Numbered from the whole stretch's first letter, positions 1 through 14,749 are shown. The stretch: 63,821 bases of DNA, filler included, from Octopus bimaculoides (GCF_001194135.2; 6 parts of 6 records of this genome joined end to end with filler, not necessarily neighbours in it), one strand, 5' to 3'. The notes: generated from the letters alone by a model not told the origin. Made by a program: numbers and translations.

Positions 1-356
1 TTCTTCTTCTTCTTCTTCTTCTTCTTCTTCTTCTTCTTCTTCTTCTCCTCCTCCTTCTTCTTCTTCTTCTTCTTCTTCTTCTTCTTCTTCTTCTTCTTCT
101 TCTTCTTCTTCTTCTTCTTCTTCTTCTTCTCCTGCTTCTTCTCTCTTCCTCGTCTTCTTATTTTTTTCTTCCTTCCACTTTCTCCTTCTTTTCTTATTGC
201 TTTCATTTTCTCTTTTCTCGCCATCTCTCCCTTCCGAATTTTCCTCTTTTCATCTTTTTCATCCCTTCTGCCATCTCTTCCTTCTCTGCCTTCTTCTTTT
301 CTACCTCCTCCTTCTCACATCGGTAACCATCATACTCAATAGCCTTATCATAACTG

Positions 357-401
<45 letters not shown>

Positions 402-505
402 ATGTCATTTTAATCCTTCTCATCGTCAGCGTCGTCTTGTCGTTTCCATCTCTCTTCTTTATTTTACAGCTGTTGCTGCTGCTGCTACTACGACTGCTGC
501 CACAA

Positions 506-557
<52 letters not shown>

Positions 558-562
558 TGCTG
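1..562. repeat. Compound microsatellite block: (TTC)n 1-133, (CAT)n ~350-401, (CTG)n ~466-562
   Basis: Directly visible trinucleotide arrays; they explain the poly-Ile/Leu/Ser ORFs at 197-607 and 301-597. Confidence 0.95.
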
Positions 563-694
563 CGATTAATATATAATGCATTTCTGCTAAGTCCCACACG
601 AAGCTAAAATCTTCCTCAAGTCAAACACTATATCAGCTTTGACAGGTAAGAGACACTTTGGCTAACGTAGTACTAGATGTATTTATCCAATGGG

Positions 695-1200
695 TTGATT
701 GAGGAAGATCTGGAACGAATTCTATCATAGCCCTGTTCCATCAGAGCTGCCATGAGAGTACAGAATGACCACCTTTGCAACAACAAAAATTTTAGAAACA
801 GATACTGTTGTTGTTGGCACTCCGTCGCTTACGACGTCGAGGGTTCCATTTGATCCGATCATCGGAACAGCCTGCTCGTGAAATTAACTTGTAAGTGGCT
901 GAGCATTCCACAGACACGTGTACCCGTAGCGTAGTTCTCGGGAATATTCAGCGTGACACAGTGTGACAAGGCTGGCCCTTTCAATTACAGACACAACAGA
1001 AACAGGAAGTAAGAGTGGGAGAAAGTTGTGGTGGAAGAGTACAGCAGGGTTCGCCAATAGCTTGAGATTCAAAGTCTCACAGCTATTTAATATCCAGCCA
1101 AAACATCTGAGAGATATACATGGAGTTGTGGTAGATGCTTTTCAGAAACAACTAGATCTGCTGCAATCCAACGTCCCAGATGAACCTTCATTTTGACAAG
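695..1200 (+). mobile_element. CR1/L2-like LINE ORF2 C-terminal remnant, split by an inserted repeat at 808-1054
   Basis: Joining 791-807 to 1055 onward reads FRNRY-C-NSLRFKVSQLFNIQPKHLRDIHGVVVDAFQKQLDLLQSNVPDEP. This resembles the CR1-clade tail (..LFNxLP..LR......FK..LD..L), recognised from memory of the family. Confidence 0.6.
808..1054 (-). mobile_element. Interspersed repeat family I (5'-truncated retroposon, (AAC)n tail on minus strand)
   Basis: About 245 bp that match the reverse complement of 11622-11866; ends in GTGCCAACAACAA on the minus strand. Confidence 0.8.
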
Positions 1201-1634
1201 AATCTCAAAGAGGGCAGCAATATCAAAATCTTTCCTTCACCAAAAACCTATAACAAAAGAATGGCCATTGTAAAGGTGACAACACTGTCAGTGCCCCAGC
1301 ATGGCTACAGTCTTTGGGTTGGAATGCATAAGGAAAGAAGAAAAGAATATATTAGTGCGTGTGTGTCTGTGTGTGTAAATACATACACACATGCACACAC
1401 GTGCATGCATATATACATATGTATATATATATATATATATATACATACACATCCGTGTGATACGTATAAAAAATGCAGTTCTCCGCAATATTACACATTC
1501 GGATATTACATACACGCACAAACGCAAACACCTGTGTCACATCTTTCACTGTATTAACCACATACATACTATATATATTTTTATAAGTTATAATAAAGAA
1601 ACTATAGACGACAATTCTACAACAATCCACTTAC

Positions 1635-1655
1635 ATATAGAAAGCTACACATTCG
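1635..1655 (-). CDS. Candidate 21-nt microexon of an unidentified minus-strand gene
   Basis: Minus strand reads ctgttctttcgctcattttag|CGAATGTGTAGCTTTCTATAT|gtaagt, with a strong acceptor and consensus donor. Open in two frames (RMCSFLY or ECVAFY). No homology recognised. Confidence 0.22.
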
Positions 1656-3330
1656 CTAAAATGAGCGAAAGAACAGTTTGAAAAGGTAAAAGCTTGTAAA
1701 ATATACTGAGCCAGCTTCTCGAAACTAAAGATAATACTTCATGAATGACAGCTGGTTATGACCTCGTCAGTAACAAAACTGCTTTAAAAAATAAATGGAT
1801 TTGTCACACATTCACATAAGAAATTGCGAACGCTTTATTTTCTATCAAATGTTTGTGTGATTATGTGTGTGTGTGTGTGTGAAAACACGAAAACACATGC
1901 ACAAACACACTCGCACATACATATACACATGAACAAAGTTATACAAATATATGTAATAAATTATATAATATTAATAATAATAACAATAATGATAATGATG
2001 ATGATAACAAATATGTATATATATAATTAATCAATATTAGATAAATGCATAATATATTATATATAGTACTATATATTTACACACACACACGCATATACGC
2101 ACACACACACACACACACACACACCACACACACACACACACACAGCCTCGCACATACGCTCACTCAAGCACACACATTTGCATTTGCGAAAACTAGGCGC
2201 TAAAGATATTCTTCATAATACATTTATGCAAGGTAGAAGCTTTCTACTTCGCTGCTCGTCAGAGCTTGGTGCTTGTGTTTTTCAGTGTAACTGGCATTCA
2301 CATTGTAGATATTTTAAAATATGCAAATCTGGTCAATGATTGGGTAAGAAACGGAGTAAGTTTAATAATGGCGGAAGCATTTAATAGTGTTTCTTTTTTT
2401 TTTTTCTTTATATATTTGAAGTGATACATAATGATAATATATGTATGGTAATGTTTCTGAGTCAAAACTGAAAAAAATTTACTGTTTGTTGGTGGCGAGT
2501 ACGTAAATCAATGCATTTAATTCNNNNNNNNNNNNNNNNNNNNNNNNNNNNNNNNNNNNNNNNNNNNNNNNNNNNNNNNNNNNNNNNNNNNNNNNNNNNN
2601 NNNNNNNNNNNNNNNNNNNNNNNNNNNNNNNNNNNNNNNNNNNNNNNNNNNNNNNNNNNNNNNNNNNNNNNNNNNNNNNNNNNNNNNNNNNNNNNNNNNN
2701 NNNNNNNNNNNNTATATATATATATATATATATATGTATATACATAGAGATAGATAGATAGATAGATATAAAATCCAGCTAATTTTCTACCTATATTTAT
2801 AATAACATGTGAATAAAAAATGTGAATAAAATATTTGAATATAAAGTGTTGTGTGCATAAAAATGCTAATTTACTGACGTGTTTCCACGTGTTTGCATGC
2901 ACGTGTATTCAAACAGTAATCGCGTATATGTATGAATGATTCTATGGTCTTATGGCAGTGTACAAGCCTACATTTTGTTGCTTCCTGAAGCATTACTATT
3001 GATTAAGCTGTCGAATATAATTCATCTGTCTTAATACATATTACGTTTTGTACCTACATGTTGATATTACCTCGGATTTTTACTTATCATATCAACCGTT
3101 TAGTAAGTCACAGCAGAGGGCTCCCAAACGATTTACATATAACCATATGTCTCGAAATTAAATAAAATGTTCTTTTCGAACAATCAGCTTAAATATTTTT
3201 AATTTGGGGTAATAGTTTTTTCCTTTACCTGCATATCTAATGGAGTGGACGTGTTGACTCTGTTTTCAATAAGACGGAAGATCTTTTTTCTCTCCAAGGA
3301 AATGCGTATGCTGAAATATATATAATCATG

Positions 3331-3379
<49 letters not shown>

Positions 3380-4989
3380 CACTATTTGTTTTTACATGAC
3401 TGAACGCAGCGTCACCAATTCGTAAGTAGTTTTTCGTAAACTTATATTTTCCGACGCTACTCTATCTCTTTCTCTTCCTCTATCATTTTTCCCCCTCTCG
3501 TTCTTCCTCTTTACTACTACGTATCTCGCTTTACCCCTCTCGTTCTTCCTCTGTNNNNNNNNNNNNNNNNNNNNNNNNNNNNNNNNNNNNNNNNNNNNNN
3601 NNNNNNNNNNNNNNNNNNNNNNNNNNNNNNNNNNNNNNNNNNNNNNNNNNNNNNNNNNNNNNNNNNNNNNNNNNNNNNNNNNNNNNNNNNNNNNNNNNNN
3701 NNNNNNNNNNNNNNNNNNNNNNNNNNNNNNNNNNNNNNNNNNNNNNNNNNNNNNNNNNNNNNNNNNNNNNNNNNNNNNNNNNNNNNNNNNNNNNNNNNNN
3801 NNNNNNNNNNNNNNNNNNNNNNNNNNNNNNNNNNNNNNNNNNNNNNNNNNNNNNNNNNNNNNNNNNNNNNNNNNNNNNNNNNNNNNNNNNNNNNNNNNNN
3901 NNNNNNNNNNNNNNNNNNNNNNNNNNNNNNNNNNNNNNNNNNNNNNNNNNNNNNNNNNNNNNNNNNNNNNNNNNNNNNNNNNNNNNNNNNNNNNNNNNNN
4001 NNNNNNNNNNNNNNNNNNNNNNNNNNNNNNNNNNNNNNNNNNNNNNNNNNNNNNNNNNNNNNNNNNNNNNNNNNNNNNNNNNNNNNNNNNNNNNNNNNNN
4101 NNNNNNNNNNNNNNNNNNNNNNNNNNNNNNNNNNNNNNNNNNNNNNNNNNNNNNNNNNNNNNNNNNNNNNNNNNNNNNNNNNNNNNNNNNNNNNNNNNNN
4201 NNNNNNNNNNNNNNNNNNNNNNNNNNNNNNNNNNNNNNNNNNNNNNNNNNNNNNNNNNNNNNNNNNNNNNNNNNNNNNNNNNNNNNNNNNNNNNNNNNNN
4301 NNNNNNNNNNNNNNNNNNNNNNNNNNNNNNNNNNNNNNNNNNNNNNNNNNNNNNNNNNNNNNNNNNNNNNNNNNNNNNNNNNNNNNNNNNNNNNNNNNNN
4401 NNNNNNNNNNNNNNNNNNNNNNNNNNNNNNNNNNNNNNNNNNNNNNNTATATATATATTATGTGTGTTTGTATAGTTGTGTGTGTGTATGTGTGTGCGCG
4501 CATGTGTGTCTGTGTGTGTGTGTGTGTGTGTATGTGTGTGTGTCTGTGTGTGTGTGTGTGTGTATGTGTATCTAATATACGTACAAAAATTATTTTCTGC
4601 TGCGATGAACCAGCTCTTGGTTTGTTCCATTTTTTTTCCATCCCTGTATATTTAACACCACAATATGTTTCTATCATGTATTTCTATGAAAGGTGAGATG
4701 GCATTCGACGCTGATTTGGTCGCCATTTCTAGAATGCTTATTCCAGCGGTTGTCTTGTTGGAATTATTATTTGTTGTTTTTACCGATTTCTTTTAGGCTG
4801 CATGTACGTATTGGGGTGGAGGTTATAATTTGATGTGTTGTCAGCGTCATTGTAAGTATAAAATAGATATCACACTTAAATATAAGTCTGCAACACTGTG
4901 CATAAGTAATACGGTGTGATATATCACTATAGATTACCATTGAAATCAACGACACCATTGTGATACGCTCATACGCAGACACACGCACG

Positions 4990-5030
<41 letters not shown>

Positions 5031-5164
5031 CCACATACAAATATATAGATTTGTGTGTATATTGACATATATATTATATATGCACATATACATATTTACA
5101 TATATACGTACATATATGCATGTATATATTGTCATATATGTGTATACATATATCCCATATATTC

Positions 5165-5205
<41 letters not shown>

Positions 5206-5215
5206 NNNNNNNNNN

Positions 5216-5253
<38 letters not shown>

Positions 5254-6269
5254 AGTATGTATAGTATGTGTATACCTATTAGTATGTATAAGTTAATATA
5301 TATACATATACTGTAATATACATACATATATATATATATATACATATACTGTAATATACCTATATATACACATAATATATACACATAATATACATATACA
5401 TATATTATTTGGCTTAGTCACATTGACCCTATATTTCGGGGGAGAGGAAATAGATATTTGTGAAATTTATGCCTTTCCTAAAAGCATTAGCTACGTAAAT
5501 GAAGTGAATTGGATCCAAGCAGCGCTATAATAGTGATTGATGAGTGTTTTGTAAGCTCATTGTGCTAAGAACAAGCTTCCCTATGGGAAAAGGAAAAAAA
5601 ATGAGATTTCTTCAGGAAAAGGGGAACTGGACGTTAGCTCTGACCAGTTCATCTCATTAAAACATTGAATGTTGTTGGAATCAGTGGCTCGAAAACACTC
5701 GTGTCTATGCTGCGTGTGTGTTCGTTGCAAGACAATTTAGGATTTGGGACGGAATGGCAATAATTTAATTCATTCAATGTCCTCTTTGCTGTGTTCCGTC
5801 ATCGTAAGAATTCGTCAAACAGCCAATGAAGCAAACTGTATGTACGTGGTTAGCAGATCTCTTAGATATGGTAGCCGAATTTTCCTCAAAATTCACCTTT
5901 TAATATTTTGATCTTATTTGGTTTGTTTCAGGCATTATACTAAAGCTATTCTAGGGCACTATGCTGTTGATTTCTAGTCGAACATAGGGACGGCAATAAA
6001 TATCTTTTTTAAAGTCTAGTATTTATTCTATCGATAACTCTTACCGAACAGCTAATTCACGGGGATGCAAACAAGACAAATACAGAAGAAAACACACACA
6101 CACACACACACACACATGTATGTATGTGAATGTGAATGTGTGTGCATATGTGCGTGTGTGTGTGTGTATTTTGTAGTCAAGAAAGAACATTTCGAATGCA
6201 TTAAAGCTGTAAAGGCAACAGATGAAGACCGGGTATTTACCCTAATAAGACGGAAAAAAAGTTGCCACA

Positions 6270-6420
6270 CGGCGGGCTTCCACAAAGTGTCTGTCTACCG
6301 AAATCCTTCATAAGACATTGGCTGAACTGGGGATACAGCAGAAGACATTTCCCCAAGAAGCCGTGCAGTTGGCTGGATTGAACCCAAGATCATGAGATTA
6401 CAAAAGGAGATTCTTAACCA
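6270..6420 (-). mobile_element. SINE family B, decayed 5' half
   Basis: Reverse complement aligns to 57985-58116 (cttggggaaatgtcttctgctgtatcccc vs ccttgggcaagtgtcttc..actatagcc). Confidence 0.6.
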
Positions 6421-6830
6421 AACTATCAAAAAAATAAATAAATAAATAGATAGATAGATAAATAAACAAACGATAAGTCACACTGTGTAACGTAATAAGC
6501 GATATACTGTTCTTGGTAACAGTACATGGACCAATATGCAGATAGTTGGAGCGAATTTCATTGTAGGTTCGCTCAATAAAAGTGATATGAGGCTAAACAG
6601 CAACAATAACGATAGCAACAGCAACAGCAATAATAACACCATCACCTCTCGACAACCGGTGTTGGTGCGTTTACATCCTCGTATCAGCGGTTCGTCAAAG
6701 GAAATCGATTGAATAAGTACCAGGCATTCCAATAAAATAACAATACGTTCCATTCGTTCAACTAATATTATTCAAGGCGATACCCCAACAATGGGTGTAG
6801 TCTATTGACTGATACAAGTAAAGCATAAAA

Positions 6831-6880
<50 letters not shown>

Positions 6881-7561
6881 NNNNNNNNNNNNNNNNNNNN
6901 NNNNNNNNNNNNNNNNNNNNNNNNNNNNNNNNNNNNNNNNNNNNNNNNNNNNNNNNNNNNNNNNNNNNNNNNNNNNNNNNNNNNNNNNNNNNNNNNNNNN
7001 NNNNNNNNNNNNNNNNNNNNNNNNNNNNNNNNNNNNNNNNNNNNNNNNNNNNNNNNNNNNNNNNNNNNNNNNNNNNNNNNNNNNNNNNNNNNNNNNNNNN
7101 NNNNNNNNNNNNNNNNNNNNNNNNNNNNNNNNNNNNNNNNNNNNNNNNNNNNNNNNNNNNNNNNNNNNNNNNNNNNNNNNNNNNNNNNNNNNNNNNNNNN
7201 NNNNNNNNNNNNNNNNNNNNNNNNNNNNNNNNNNNNNNNNNNNNNNNNNNNNNNNNNNNNNNNNNNNNNNNNNNNNNNNNNNNNNNNNNNNNNNNNNNNN
7301 NNNNNNNNNNNNNNNNNNNNNNNNNNNNNNNNNNNNNNNNNNNNNNNNNNNNNNNNNNNNNNNNNNNNNNNNNNNNNNNNNNNNNNNNNNNNNNNNNNNN
7401 NNNNNNNNNNNNNNNNNNNNNNNNNNNNNNNNNNNNNNNNNNNNNNNNNNNNNNNNNNNNNNNNNNNNNNNNNNNNNNNNNNNNNNNNNNNNNNNNNNNN
7501 NNNNNNNNNNNNNNNNNNNNNNNNNNNNNNNNNNNNNNNNNNNNNNNNNNNNNNNNNNNNN

Positions 7562-7593
<32 letters not shown>

Positions 7594-8527
7594 CATATAT
7601 ACGTCTCTGATTGTACGGGCGTGTGTGCGTGCGTTTGTGTGTGAGAGTGTGCGCGTGCAATCGAAAGTGTGCGTCTCCGGTTTTCACGTTCGTGAATTAC
7701 GTATTTTCATATATATATAAGTATATGATGTGTCTCAGAAGTCTGACTGTTTCGAATAACGAACATATTAGAATGTTGTCTTCTTTTTTGGACACTCTGG
7801 TTTATTTTTTGTTTTCTGTTGTTCTTAGTTCTTTTCTGTGTGTTTGTGTATGTACGTATAAACACACACACTCACACACTCACACACATCCAGACTATAT
7901 ACATATATATACATACCCATATAGTAACATCTACAAATATGTGTGCGTTTGTGTGTGCATGTGTGTGTGAGTATACATATATATCCATAGAGACATATAT
8001 GCATACATAAGTACGTACCTACATATACAGACACACACACACACATACACACACACAAGCGCGCACATATATTTGTATCTGCGTTATTTTCATACATAGA
8101 TTATATTGAATATTTGTGTGCGTGTGGAGTGTGTGTGTGGGGGTGCGTGTGTGTGTGTGTGTGTGTGTGTGTCTTCTCTTCTGCATTTCATTTCATTACC
8201 AACAAATGTTTTACAGGAGCGTGTTAATATATTTAACTTGGAAGCAAGCGAGTGCCAAAAATGATGCTTTTAATATAAAATGCCACAATCTGGGTTTTTA
8301 GTTAGGCGGAAGTGATCTATCTTAATCAAGAATCCATTGTAAACTAATACAAAAACTCTGTCCCTGCTACATTCTGCCGCAAGTTTTCTTCTAAGGTTTC
8401 CACCATGACCGCCGCATTTACTGATTCAGCTCCTGCTGATGTCTTCACATTAATGGAGCCTACTCAGCATAAATATATATATACGTACATACCTATATGT
8501 GTTTGTATATGTGTGTATTTAAGTGTG

Positions 8528-8578
<51 letters not shown>

Positions 8579-8588
8579 NNNNNNNNNN

Positions 8589-8627
<39 letters not shown>

Positions 8628-8963
8628 GTATGCTTGTATGCTTGTATGTATATGTATGTATGTATGTATGCTTGTATGCTTGTATGTATATGTATGTATG
8701 CATACATGTATATATATGTGTGTATGTGTGTGTGTGGCAAAATACTCACATACCTGTCCTTGTATACCTATGTCTCTGAACAGGTCTTTGTGAGACATTT
8801 TTTTATGTATAACTGTGTGCCTCTATGTGTACATCTATACATATACACACACATAAATATATGTATGTATATACACATTTATATGTAAACACATGTATGT
8901 ATAAATATATTTGTACTTTATGTTATTTATGAAGAATATACATATGTTTGATATGTATCTATT

Positions 8964-8999
<36 letters not shown>

Positions 9000-9440
9000 G
9001 GTATGTATGTATATGTACACACATATACGTGCATACGTAAATACATAAGTGCATATATATCTTGAGTGCGTCTATATGTGTTTATATACATATACATATA
9101 TATATATATATATATATACAAATATATATATANNNNNNNNNNNNNNNNNNNNNNNNNNNNNNNNNNNNNNNNNNNNNNNNNNNNNNNNNNNNNNNNNNNN
9201 NNNNNNNNNNNNNNNNNNNNNNNNNNNNNNNNNNNNNNNNNNNNNNNNNNNNNNNNNNNNNNNNNNNNNNNNNNNNNNNNNNNNNNNNNNNNNNNNNNNN
9301 NNNNNNNNNNNNNNNNNNNNNNNNNNNNNNNNNNNNNNNNNNNNNNNNNNNNNNNNNNNNNNNTAAACACATTTCCAAGCAGTAAGAGATTGAGAAACAG
9401 GAGAGAAGGGGAACACAAAGAAATAGATTATAAAGGCAGT

Positions 9441-9521
<81 letters not shown>
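9441..9521. repeat. (GATA)n microsatellite
   Basis: Perfect tetranucleotide array. Confidence 0.95.
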
Positions 9522-10838
9522 GGACTGACAGAGATAGAAACAGAGAGAGACTGAGTCAAGGACAAAGAAAACGAGACAAATAAAAACATTGTGTTAAAAG
9601 TATTTTCCATTGATTTCTTAATTACTTCACTCTATGTTTTGTTTTAACGTATTCATTTTCCTTACATTCTCTTAAATGGATTTTTCGTCCATCAGAAAGG
9701 GTAGACCAATCACCTATAAAAGGTCTCTCCATTGGATGCCCAAGCAAAGGCTGACTGTTTTCTATGTCACATGTCAAATTCTCATTAATATATTTACGTG
9801 ATATTTCGTTTGTATCAAAGTTAGCAGTAATGAGTTCGAGTTTTTTTTTCACTTTGCTTTGCTTTGTTTTATTGTCATGTTTTTGCTCTGTTTGTTTTTT
9901 TAGAGTATTGCTATTCTGTGTCTGAGAATGCTAACTTGTCATGTGCTTGGTGTGTTGGCCATAAACGGCTGCAGTTTTTATGGTTTTGTATATCTGAAAT
10001 TGATATGAGAAAAAAAAAACATTATTAGCGTTACAGTTTAAACTCTTGGTAAGCTCTGATCGAGCGGATACGTGATCTAAGTCATTCTAACTATGATATT
10101 ACGCTGTTTTCAACATTTTCTAATGCATATTTCGATAACTAAAAATCTCTGGAAGGCCTTGAGACAAGATTTGGTTGCTGTTTCTAGGAAGTTAATCAAC
10201 CACTTCGAAGTTTCTTGAGATTTTCTTTTGTTTTTGGCTCGTATGAAAACTGTTAAATTTAGCAGTAATGTCCATGTAACGCATGCAAATGAATTTAACA
10301 GGTTTCTTTGTCTGCAGCAATCCTAAATAGAAGCATTGAATAACAAATGAGATGGAAAAATACATGCTTTCTATATTATCCTTGACACAATTTTATTGTC
10401 ATAACCAGAACACTTAATGGTCAACCTCAATTACTTAGTTAGGTAATGCAGTATTGCATAATTCACCATTTTAACTGCGTACTGTATTGTGCCATCATAA
10501 TTCATCATTGTGTGAAATTAACTGATGTTTATTCTTGGGACAGCCCTGAGTGATTAAACTTATGAGTAAAGGTATTCTAGGAGTGACCAACTCATGTATT
10601 TATGTATTCTTCATTCTTCGTGGTAGTGTTATTTGGAGGTTGTTTGTTTGATTGCTAGTTCTTTGAGAGAGGATTTACTGGTGAGCAAGCTATAGGTAAA
10701 ATGTACCAGGCCTCCTATGGGGTCGAACAATCTCGTTCTCACTCCCATCATTTCTATCTATGTATATCTCTATCTCTTGGTCTCTATTTATCTTTCTTCC
10801 CCGCTCTCTCTCTCTTTCTCTCTCTCTCTATCTCTCTC

Positions 10839-10880
<42 letters not shown>

Positions 10881-11586
10881 ACTCTCACTCTCAATCTTTT
10901 TATAGATAAATTCGACTCTTGTCAGAACTGGGGTGGAGTAGTGCAAGTCTAAAAGTGCGCAAGGCGTGCCGTATATCACGATAGCGCCCTTAGGTATCAT
11001 CATGGAATATATAATCATACACATACACNNNNNNNNNNNNNNNNNNNNNNNNNNNNNNNNNNNNNNNNNNNNNNNNNNNNNNNNNNNNNNNNNNNNNNNN
11101 NNNNNNNNNNNNNNNNNNNNNNNNNNNNNNNNNNNNNNNNNNNNNNNNNNNNNNNNNNNNNNNNNNNNNNNNNNNNNNNNNNNNNNNNNNNNNNNNNNNN
11201 NNNNNNNNNNNNNNNNNNNNNNNNNNNNNNNNNNNNNNNNNNNNNNNNNNNNNNNNNNNNNNNNNNNNNNNNNNNNNNNNNNNNNNNNNNNNNNNNNNNN
11301 NNNNNNNNNNNNNNNNNNNNNNNNNNNNNNNNNNNNNNNNNNNNNNNNNNNNNNNNNNNNNNNNNNNNNNNNNNNNNNNNNNNNNNNNNNNNNNNNNNNN
11401 NNNNNNNNNNNNNNNNNNNNNNNNNNNNNNNNNNNNNNNNNNNNNNNNNNNNNNNNNNNNNNNNNNNNNNNNNNNNNNNNNNNNNNNNNNNNNNNNNNNN
11501 NNNNNNNNNNNNNNNNNNNNNNNNNNNNNNNNNNNNNNNNNNNNNNNNNNNNNNNNNNNNNNNNNNNNNNNNNNNNNNNNNNNNNN

Positions 11587-11866
11587 CACCTAAAGCTCCA
11601 CAAGGCTCCGGTAGGGGGGAAGATGGCAAACTCTGCTGTACTGTTTCTCTCACTCTTTCTTCCTGTCTCTGTTGTGCCTGTATTTCAAAGGGCCAGCCTT
11701 GTCACACTCTGTGTCACGCTGAATCTGCCCGAGAACTACATTAAGGGTAGACGTGTCTGTTGAGTGCTCAGCCACATGTACGTTAATTTCACGAGAGCAG
11801 GCTGTTCCGTTGATTGGATCAAATGGAACCCTCGTCGTCGTAACCGGTGGAGTGCCACGAGATGGG
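11587..11866 (+). mobile_element. Interspersed repeat family I, longer copy abutting a gap
   Basis: Reverse-complement match to 808-1054, extending about 35 bp further at its 5' end. Confidence 0.8.
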
Positions 11867-12049
11867 AACCAGTTATTGTCTGAGTTTATTTTTCTATCTC
11901 AGCAAAAGGAAATTCTTATTCATATACATTTTTATGGCAAACAGATGAACAATAAACATGAATATTACTGTGTTCAGCTCATCTTTTACCGTTTAATTGC
12001 TTCAGTCATTAGACTGCAGCCATGCCGGGGCACCACCTTGAAGCATTGT

Positions 12050-12177
12050 GGTGATGGTGGTGGTGGTGGTGGTCGTCGTCGTCGTCGTCGTCATCGTCGT
12101 CGTCGTCGTCGTCATCGTCGTCGTCGTCGTATGAGTAGGAAAAAAGTTGAATAGTTGCGGTGGCAGCAGCAGCGCTT

Positions 12178-12220
<43 letters not shown>

Positions 12221-12591
12221 AAAGGAAGGAAGGAAGGAAGGACGAAAGAAAGAAAGGAAGAAAGAAAGTACTAGAACAAGAAGAAGGAACACGAAGAATA
12301 AATGGAGAAGAAAAACAACTACAAGATGCAACATAAGAAAGGAAAATGAAGGAATTGTCTCCATTCCAATCACATCTGCTCCGTTTCCTTTCAAAGATGC
12401 CCCGTCACTGTCTTGCACATAACTTCGCATTCACACTATTTTTCGGTACATCCGAAATTCATTTTCCTCACAAGGAAACATTCCATATTTTTGGAGAACG
12501 GAATCCGTATTCCATCAATCAACATCAAAGACCAACAAAACTTTCAACACTGTCGTCATTTCAACTAAAATTGCGAAATAATAGTAATAAC

Positions 12592-12626
<35 letters not shown>

Positions 12627-12690
12627 CTAAACAACAGTACTTCATTTTTATATGTATATGTTTTTGAATGTGTATGCACGTATGCGATTA

Positions 12691-12731
<41 letters not shown>

Positions 12732-12822
12732 TTATTATCATTATCATTATCATTGTCATCATCATCATCATCATTATTATTNNNNNNNNNNATTATCATT
12801 ATCATTGTCATCATCATCATCA

Positions 12823-12877
<55 letters not shown>

Positions 12878-12913
12878 GTGTGTGTGTGTGTATGTATGTA
12901 TAAACATACATTG

Positions 12914-12960
<47 letters not shown>
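12050..12960. repeat. Mixed microsatellite field (GGT, CGT/CAT, AGT, GGAA, GAT, TAT, TG, TA)
   Basis: Directly visible; source of the poly-R/S/T/H/Y ORFs. Confidence 0.9.
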
Positions 12961-14091
12961 AAACAATGATAATTTATGTAAGATGTTTTTTGTATATAAT
13001 ATACATGTTATTATAATGGATGAAGGGATGATTATTGAATGGTTATTATTTTGATATTATGATATTTTNNNNNNNNNNNNNNNNNNNNNNNNNNNNNNNN
13101 NNNNNNNNNNNNNNNNNNNNNNNNNNNNNNNNNNNNNNNNNNNNNNNNNNNNNNNNNNNNNNNNNNNNNNNNNNNNNNNNNNNNNNNNNNNNNNNNNNNN
13201 NNNNNNNNNNNNNNNNNNNNNNNNNNNNNNNNNNNNNNNNNNNNNNNNNNNNNNNNNNNNNNNNNNNNNNNNNNNNNNNNNNNNNNNNNNNNNNNNNNNN
13301 NNNNNNNNNNNNNNNNNNNNNNNNNNNNNNNNNNNNNNNNNNNNNNNNNNNNNNNNNNNNNNNNNNNNNNNNNNNNNNNNNNNNNNNNNNNNNNNNNNNN
13401 NNNNNNNNNNNNNNNNNNNNNNNNNNNNNNNNNNNNNNNNNNNNNNNNNNNNNNNNNNNNNNNNNNNNNNNNNNNNNNNNNNNNNNNNNNNNNNNNNNNN
13501 NNNNNNNNNNNNNNNNNNNNNNNNNNNNNNNNNNNNNNNNNNNNNNNNNNNNNNNNNNNNNNNNNNNNNNNNNNNNNNNNNNNNNNNNNNNNNNNNNNNN
13601 NNNNNNNNNNNNNNNNNNNNNNNNNNNNNNNNNNNNNNNNNNNNNNNNNNNNNNNNNNNNNNNNNNNNNNNNNNNNNNNNNNNNNNNNNNNNNNNNNNNN
13701 NNNNNNNNNNNNNNNNNNNNNNNNNNNNNNNNNNNNNNNNNNNNNNNNNNNNNNNNNNNNNNNNNNNNNNNNNNNNNNNNNNNNNNNNNNNNNNNNNNNN
13801 NNNNNNNNNNNNNNNNNNNNNNNNNNNNNNNNNNNNNNNNNNNNNNNNNNNNNNNNNNNNNNNNNNNNNNNNNNNNNNNNNNNNNNNNNNNNNNNNNNNN
13901 NNNNNNNNNNNNNNNNNNNNNNNNNNNNNNNNNNNNNNNNNNNNNNNNNNNNNNNNNNNNNNNNNNNNNNNNNNNNNNNNNATATATATGTACGAATATA
14001 TATGCAAGCAGATATGAACAAAGGTGCGAATATACAAAATATGTAGATTTAAATACAATACATGTGTATATTTGTGTGTGTGTGTGTGTGT

Positions 14092-14123
<32 letters not shown>

Positions 14124-14371
14124 TTGTGTGTGTGCGTGTGTGTGTGCGTACAGCTCACCCATAGCAAATATCTATTGTCACCGCATGTTAAACAAATATC
14201 GGCTGCCAGTTGATATAGTCAATCAGTGATTAAGTATAACATAAAAACAATATGTCCACAATAACAAAATAATAAGATCATTAAAAGTTCTTCAATATTT
14301 ATTATGTATTAAACGTTATCATTTATGAAAATAAATTTTCTCCTCAACACAATTACTCTTTTCTACTCTTG

Positions 14372-14612
14372 GCGCAAGGCCCGAAACCTTTGGGGAGCGG
14401 GCCAGTCGATTAGATCGACCTAGGCCCAAAATTTTGGGGGAGGAGGCCAGTCAATTGGATCGACCTCAATACGCAACTACTACTTAACTTATCGACTCCG
14501 AAAGGCAAAGTCGATCTCGGCGGAATTTGGTCTCAGAACGTAAAGTAGTACGAAATACCGCTAAGCATTTCGCCCGGCGCGCTAACGTTTCTACCAGCTC
14601 ACCGCCTTCCTT
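14372..14612 (-). mobile_element. SINE family A (tRNA-derived head plus gtcgactttgcctttcatcc..ggggtcgataa central domain), with a ~45-bp internal tandem duplication near its 3' end
   Basis: Reverse complement matches 50238-50400; the unit aggccc.aaa..ttgggg.g..ggccagtc.att.gatcgacc occurs twice at ~14378-14466. Confidence 0.85.
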
Positions 14613-14749
14613 AACACAATTATTGTTCCATTTATTGTCGTATAAGGGTGATGAGAATTGTTTGCAAATCATCGGTATCGGAGAAGGACACAAATGAGAA
14701 AAGGTTAGGTTTCTATTTCCATTCAAATATCAACGGTATTTGTTCAGGC

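Noticed and set aside
5600-5658. AATGAGAT..GAACTGG..CCAGTTC ATCTCATT hairpin with a 16-nt bulge
   Set aside because: Two short stems in AT-rich DNA are within chance expectation; no other support.
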